This document shows, piece after piece, positions 59,219-64,000 of a DNA stretch of 64,000 nt. The stretch is from the human T2T-CHM13v2.0 reference genome, Homo sapiens, in the NCBI RefSeq assembly GCF_009914755.1, contig NC_060939.1; one strand, written 5' to 3'. Each line of letters begins with the position of its first letter. Position 1 is the stretch's first letter. A program made the position numbers and the translations under genes. The notes beneath the pieces are model-generated. The model did no database searches and was not told the origin of the DNA. It saw nothing but the letters and a program-made list of their open reading frames with translations.

Positions 59219-62200
59219 ACAATGAGATCACATGGACACAGGAAGGGGAATATCACACTCTGGGGACTGTGGTGGGGTCGGGGGAGGGGGGAGGGATAGC
59301 ATTGGGAGATATACCTAATGCTAGATGACGAGTTAGTGGGTGCAGCGCACCAGCATGGCACATGTATACATATGTAACTAACCTGCACAATGTGCACATG
59401 TACCCTAAAACTTAGAGTATAATAAAAAAAAACATTAAAAATAAAAAAAATAAAAAAAAAAAGACACTATCAACAGAGTATAAAGGCAACCCACAGAACG
59501 GGAGAAAGTATTTGCAAATCATATATCTGATAAGGGATTGATATCCAGAGTATATAGAGAACTTACAAAATTCAACAACGAAGCAGACAACATGATTCAT
59601 AAATGGGCAAAGGACTTGAATAGACGTTTCTCCAAAGAAGATATGCAAATGTCCAATAAGCACATTAAAAGATGCTCAATGTTTAGGAGGGATGATAGTA
59701 AGGGAAGAAATGAAGGTTACCAACGGCTACAAAAACTTTTGGGTGATGGATATGTGCATTATCTGATTGTGGTGGTGGTTTCAGGGGGGAATACATATGA
59801 GAAAACTTATCAAATTGTATGCTTCAAATATGTAATTGATTATGTGTCAATTATACCTCAATGAAACTGTTAAAAATGAACTACTGATATAAGCAACAAC
59901 CGAAATAATTTCAGAGCCATTATATTGACAATAAGAAGCCAGATGTAAAAGTATGTACAGTATCATTCCATGTATATTTAGTTCAAGTATAGACAAAGAT
60001 AGTTTTTGATGAAAATAAAATCAGAATAGTGGATACCAACAGGGGGTGAGGGTGGCTATTCAATAGTGAGGGGCATGAGGGAACCTTCCAGGGTGTTGGA
60101 AATATTCTAAGTCTTGAGCAGGGTTGGGATTACATGGATCTTAAAAGTATAAGAATTCATACATTTACAGTGAGCATACTTGGTGTACTTTATGTATGTT
60201 ATACCTCAATTAAAAAAAAAGAGGAGAAGGAAAAGGAGGAAGAAGACAATGCAGTGAATCAAATACCAGTACTGAAATGGCAATAAAAGTCTCTGGAACA
60301 GTGTGAGATTGTCCCTTGGGAGTGACCAGAAAACAAAGATGCTCTTTAAAGAATAGCATAGGGCGTGCACTCATTTGAGGGTGTCCAGCCCAGAACCCCT
60401 ACAGAATTGGAAGCTGATTCTAAAGCAGACACTGTGTCTCTTCCAGCTGGTGTTTGTCAAGCCTTCCGTTTCTAATGGCATAAATATAACTGACTGCTGC
60501 TGAAAAATTAAGAGCATTTCTACTTATGAAAAAAATAAACTGGAGTAAAGAGACCTTATTAAGAAAAGAATTTCAGTGTTCACTAATTTGTGCTGCTCTA
60601 AATTTCTTGGATTCAAAGTCAACAGCAGAAAAATCTAATTTGCTTCTATTAAAAATGGAGCAATAAGCTTAAAACTTTGTGTTTGTGTTTGGAAGGCCCT
60701 TTACAATGTTGCAGAAGGAGAACATCTTCAGGCTTTTAGTTTGGGAATAATGGTACGGTCCTGGCATCTTAGCCTCTTCTTTGTTTAGGGCCAGGATTCC
60801 CCTTCAAATCTCTGACTTCTTTCTGAGTATGCTTGTACCCATGAGTTGAAGGCAAAAAGTGGAACATAGAAGGAACATCTCTGTCAATGCTTATGGACTT
60901 CTCCACTGTGGACAGAGTCCCTCTTTGCCATCCCCAGCTTTGGCTGACTTGACTTTAATTGGTATTTCATTCTCCCATCCTAGTGGTATCTACCAACTCT
61001 CTCCTGTGGAGGAGTCTTGGTCCTGGCCATCCTAGTGTTAACCTGGTGACAGGAAGACCAGAAAGAAGCCATAATCATTCCTCTTCCATCAAGGCAGATC
61101 TGCCTGACTCCTGTTGTTAACTCTTGCCTCCTTCACATCCCTCCATCTCTAGACTGTGAAAGGAGTTGTCCTCTGGTGGGTGATCTCCAAATCAAGAAAT
61201 GAAATATGAGACCTAAAAAAATCTTGGGTCACAGATTCTGTTTGCAGAAGATGTTGAGAGATCATCAGAGGAAGCGGACACTGGGGATGATGTAAGCTGG
61301 AGACACAAGGATAACTGGGGCTACCAGCCCCATTTTTTTATGGCAAAAATGATATACATTGACTTTTGAGTGTTCCTTCTCTATGACACCCTCTGCCCTG
61401 ATTTCTTAAAGAACTCTTTTTGGTATTTAATCACTACTAAGTTCAAGGGCAAAAAACCTTTGTTTTTCTATATATGAATATTTCTTTTGTTCTAGAGTTT
61501 GCCTGCTTCACAGAAACCCACACAATCTGAGTGTATAAATTCCTTCCTTTGGACGTTTGTCATTCCATTTATAGCAATATTGAAAAATAAATACATTATA
61601 AATTTGTTATTAGTGTCTGAACAAACTCTACTCTGGTACCCATATCTTAAATGTGGTCTTCTTATAAATAAACCCAAGTTATACAGAGTAGATATTTTTG
61701 TGCGCTTCAACCATAATGAAGTGACTTTAGGACTATAAATGGTTCTAAGAAAAAATGAGTATTTTATGTACTTTAATTTTTTTCTCAAAATTTCCATTCC
61801 CTCCCACACTTATACACATAAAACCCAAACCATAAAAAGGTGTTTTTTAAATAACTTCTAAATTCCCACTATGTTATGTTTCCAGGCCAGATTACAGTTA
61901 AAACAAAGTTTTGACAGACAGAATAACTTATCACTTAGGCCACAAATCTTAGTCTTTGGGGAGCAAAATGAATCATAGCACAGTCTTCTGGGCACTGTCT
62001 TTGTATGTTAGTGGTCTATCTTTTCCTCCCAGTGATGATGTGATCTGATTTTTGATGATGTAGGAATTTGGCAAGTGGAGCCTTCCCATGTCAGCTGTCT
62101 TCCTTCCCTACCAAGGATGCACACTCCTTGGTTAGTTTGGAGAAACAGAGCAGAAGTCAATGTCCTTTTGTTCCTAATTGTATTCTCTTTGTATTTTTTT

Positions 62201-62300
62201 ATACATTTGATGCATGCTTTTGCTTATAGCCATGTCCATTTATTTTTCCCCATTAACTCATCACACATGTATCAAGGGCCTACCATGTGAACCTGGACTC

Positions 62301-62665
62301 TGTATTAGTCTGTTCTCATGCTACTAATGAAGACATACCGGAGACTGGGTAATTTATAAAGGAAAGAGGTTTGATTGACTCACAGTTCCACATGGTTGGG
62401 GAGGCCTCCCAATCATGGCGGAAGGCAAAGCAGGAGCGAAGGAATGCCTTACATGGCGGCAGGCAAGAGAGTGCTTGTGGAGGGGAAATCCCATCTGTAA
62501 AACCATCGGATCTTGTGAGACTTAATTCACTACCACGAGAATAGTACGGGGGAAACTGCCCCAGGATTCAGTTACCTCCCACTGAGTCCCTCCCACGACA
62601 TGTGGGAATTACGAGAGCTACAATTTAGAATGAGATTTGGATGGGGACACAGCGAAACCATAGCA
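62301..62665 (-). mobile_element. THE1B/C solo LTR inserted in a MIR
   Basis: TG...CA ends; TSD GACTC at 62296-62300 and 62666-62670. Confidence 0.92.
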
Positions 62666-62670
62666 GACTC

Positions 62671-62870
62671 TGAAGCCAGATTGCCTGGTTAATACCTCAG
62701 TTCTACTGCTTAGTAATTCTGGACCTTGGGCAAGGTCCAGTGCCTCAGTTTCCTCATCTGTAAAATGAGGGTGATAATAGTACCTATCACGTAGGTTGTC
62801 TTGAGGATTGCATGAGTTACAGATAAGGGGTTTAGAATGTTGTCTGACTCATAGTAAATACTATATAGGT
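62671..62870 (+). mobile_element. MIR
   Basis: gtgcctcagtttcctcatctgtaaaatgagggtgataatagtacc core. Confidence 0.8.
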
Positions 62871-63045
62871 GGTGGTGTTACTGCTGTTGCTGCAACACAT
62901 GCCAGGCCATGGAATTTACCTTGCTGGCACATAAACGTCCCTAAGACCAAACTCTTTAAAGTTGGGTACCCAAACATGTTTCTTCTCAAGGTACTTTCCT
63001 TCTATTGTCATGGGTACTATCTACCCAGGCCTGATTTATCCACAT

Positions 63046-63260
63046 CAGAGTTCCCCAGCCTTGAAACTGTTGGTTTTGTGGACCAGATAATTATTTCTTG
63101 TGGGATTGTCCTGTGAGCTGTTAGAATTTTAGCAGCATCCATGGTCTCTACCCAATAGATGCCAGTAAGAAACTCTTGCGTTGTGACAAGCAAAAAATGT
63201 CCCAGACTTTGCCGAATGTCCCTCTGGGGACAAAGTTGCCTGCAGTTTTGAGAACCATCT
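63046..63260 (-). mobile_element. MER20
   Basis: tttagcagcatccatggtctctacccaatagatgccagta...gttgtgacaagcaaaaaatgtc...gagaacca. Confidence 0.8.
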
Positions 63261-63754
63261 ATTTAAACTGGTAAATCCGCCTGCAGAGGTGGCACTATAG
63301 CTGCCCCCTGCATTCTAAGGTGGCTGCTGGTTACATGTTGTCATCTTCTCTTTTCCCTGGGCTTGTTTTTGAAGAGTCATGTTAGATCTGCCTCTTAAAC
63401 CACATGTTTGGAGGCACAGGGTCATTCCTGCTGTTACACTGAGGTTTCTGTAGTAGGAGGGGCTCCTCTTTAAAGTATTCTCCCTCTTCTCAATCTCAGG
63501 ATTCTCTGGAAAGAGGAAGAAAGCACATAGCCTTCTTCAGACTTCTGATTGTGGCTACCCTTGAAGACAAGCCTCCCAGCCTTTGTAGCTTAAGGAATTT
63601 ACTGCTTATCACTACGGAAAAGAAGCAGGTGTCCCAAAATCTCACACTTGGGAAATCTTGCTGTGTGAGATGGGACAGCATGGTCCTTGGTCCAGGTTCT
63701 CCATGCCCCGTGCCCTTGTTAAGAGTTACACAGATGGTTAACTTTGATGGAATG

Positions 63755-63955
63755 CTCACCATGTCCCAGACCCTGGGCTAAGCACTTTATAAGGATTGGC
63801 CTGTTAACTTTTCACGTTTACCATCTAAAGCAGATATTTTTGTCTCAATTTCATAGATGAGGAGACCTCAGCCTAGAGACATTAAATCCACTGCTACCCA
63901 GAGGTAGAAGCATGGATTTAAACCCAGGCATCTGGCTGCAAAGCTGAACCCCAGT
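63755..63955 (-). mobile_element. MIR
   Basis: tttcatagatgaggagacctcagcctagaga...ggatttaaacccaggcatctgg. Confidence 0.65.
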
Positions 63956-64000
63956 GATGCATATCCTCCCATCTGCTCACATGGCACCATCTCCCTTGGT

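Noticed and set aside
59270-59296. G-quadruplex-like tracts (also 14497-14524)
   Set aside because: Standard L1 3'UTR polypurine tract.

Overview
Human (or closely related hominid) intronic DNA from the 5' part of THSD4 (ADAMTSL6, chr15q23), + strand. Only two small exons are present: the ATG exon (20732-20839) and the next exon (34146-34215). Spliced, they encode MVSHFMGSLSVLCFLLLLGFQFVCPQPSTQHRK, the signal-peptide N-terminus. The rest is repeat-rich intron. It holds a full-length young L1 (53411-59457, sense) with intact ORF1 and ORF0 and an ORF2 broken by one +1 frameshift in an A8 run. It also holds a twin-primed 5'-inverted L1PA2 with a 17-nt 3' transduction (13967-14693), a processed HMGB1 pseudogene (42540-44794, minus; likely HMGB1P6) nested in an apparently full-length ancient L1M, about 16 Alus, four MaLR solo LTRs, MIRs and MER DNA transposons. 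The most interesting observation is the HMGB1 retrocopy. All its protein-altering lesions fall in Box A, while residues 71-215 match HMGB1 and stay open behind a newly in-frame ATG. It also lies downstream of several minus-strand TE promoters. Other notable items: a perfect 139-bp L1 inverted repeat bracketing both THSD4 exons, a hollowed-out Alu, a quasi-palindrome-corrected Alu B-box, and two reciprocal templated insertions. Comparisons to reference and consensus sequences are from memory and need alignment to confirm. No novel system is demonstrated by the sequence alone.
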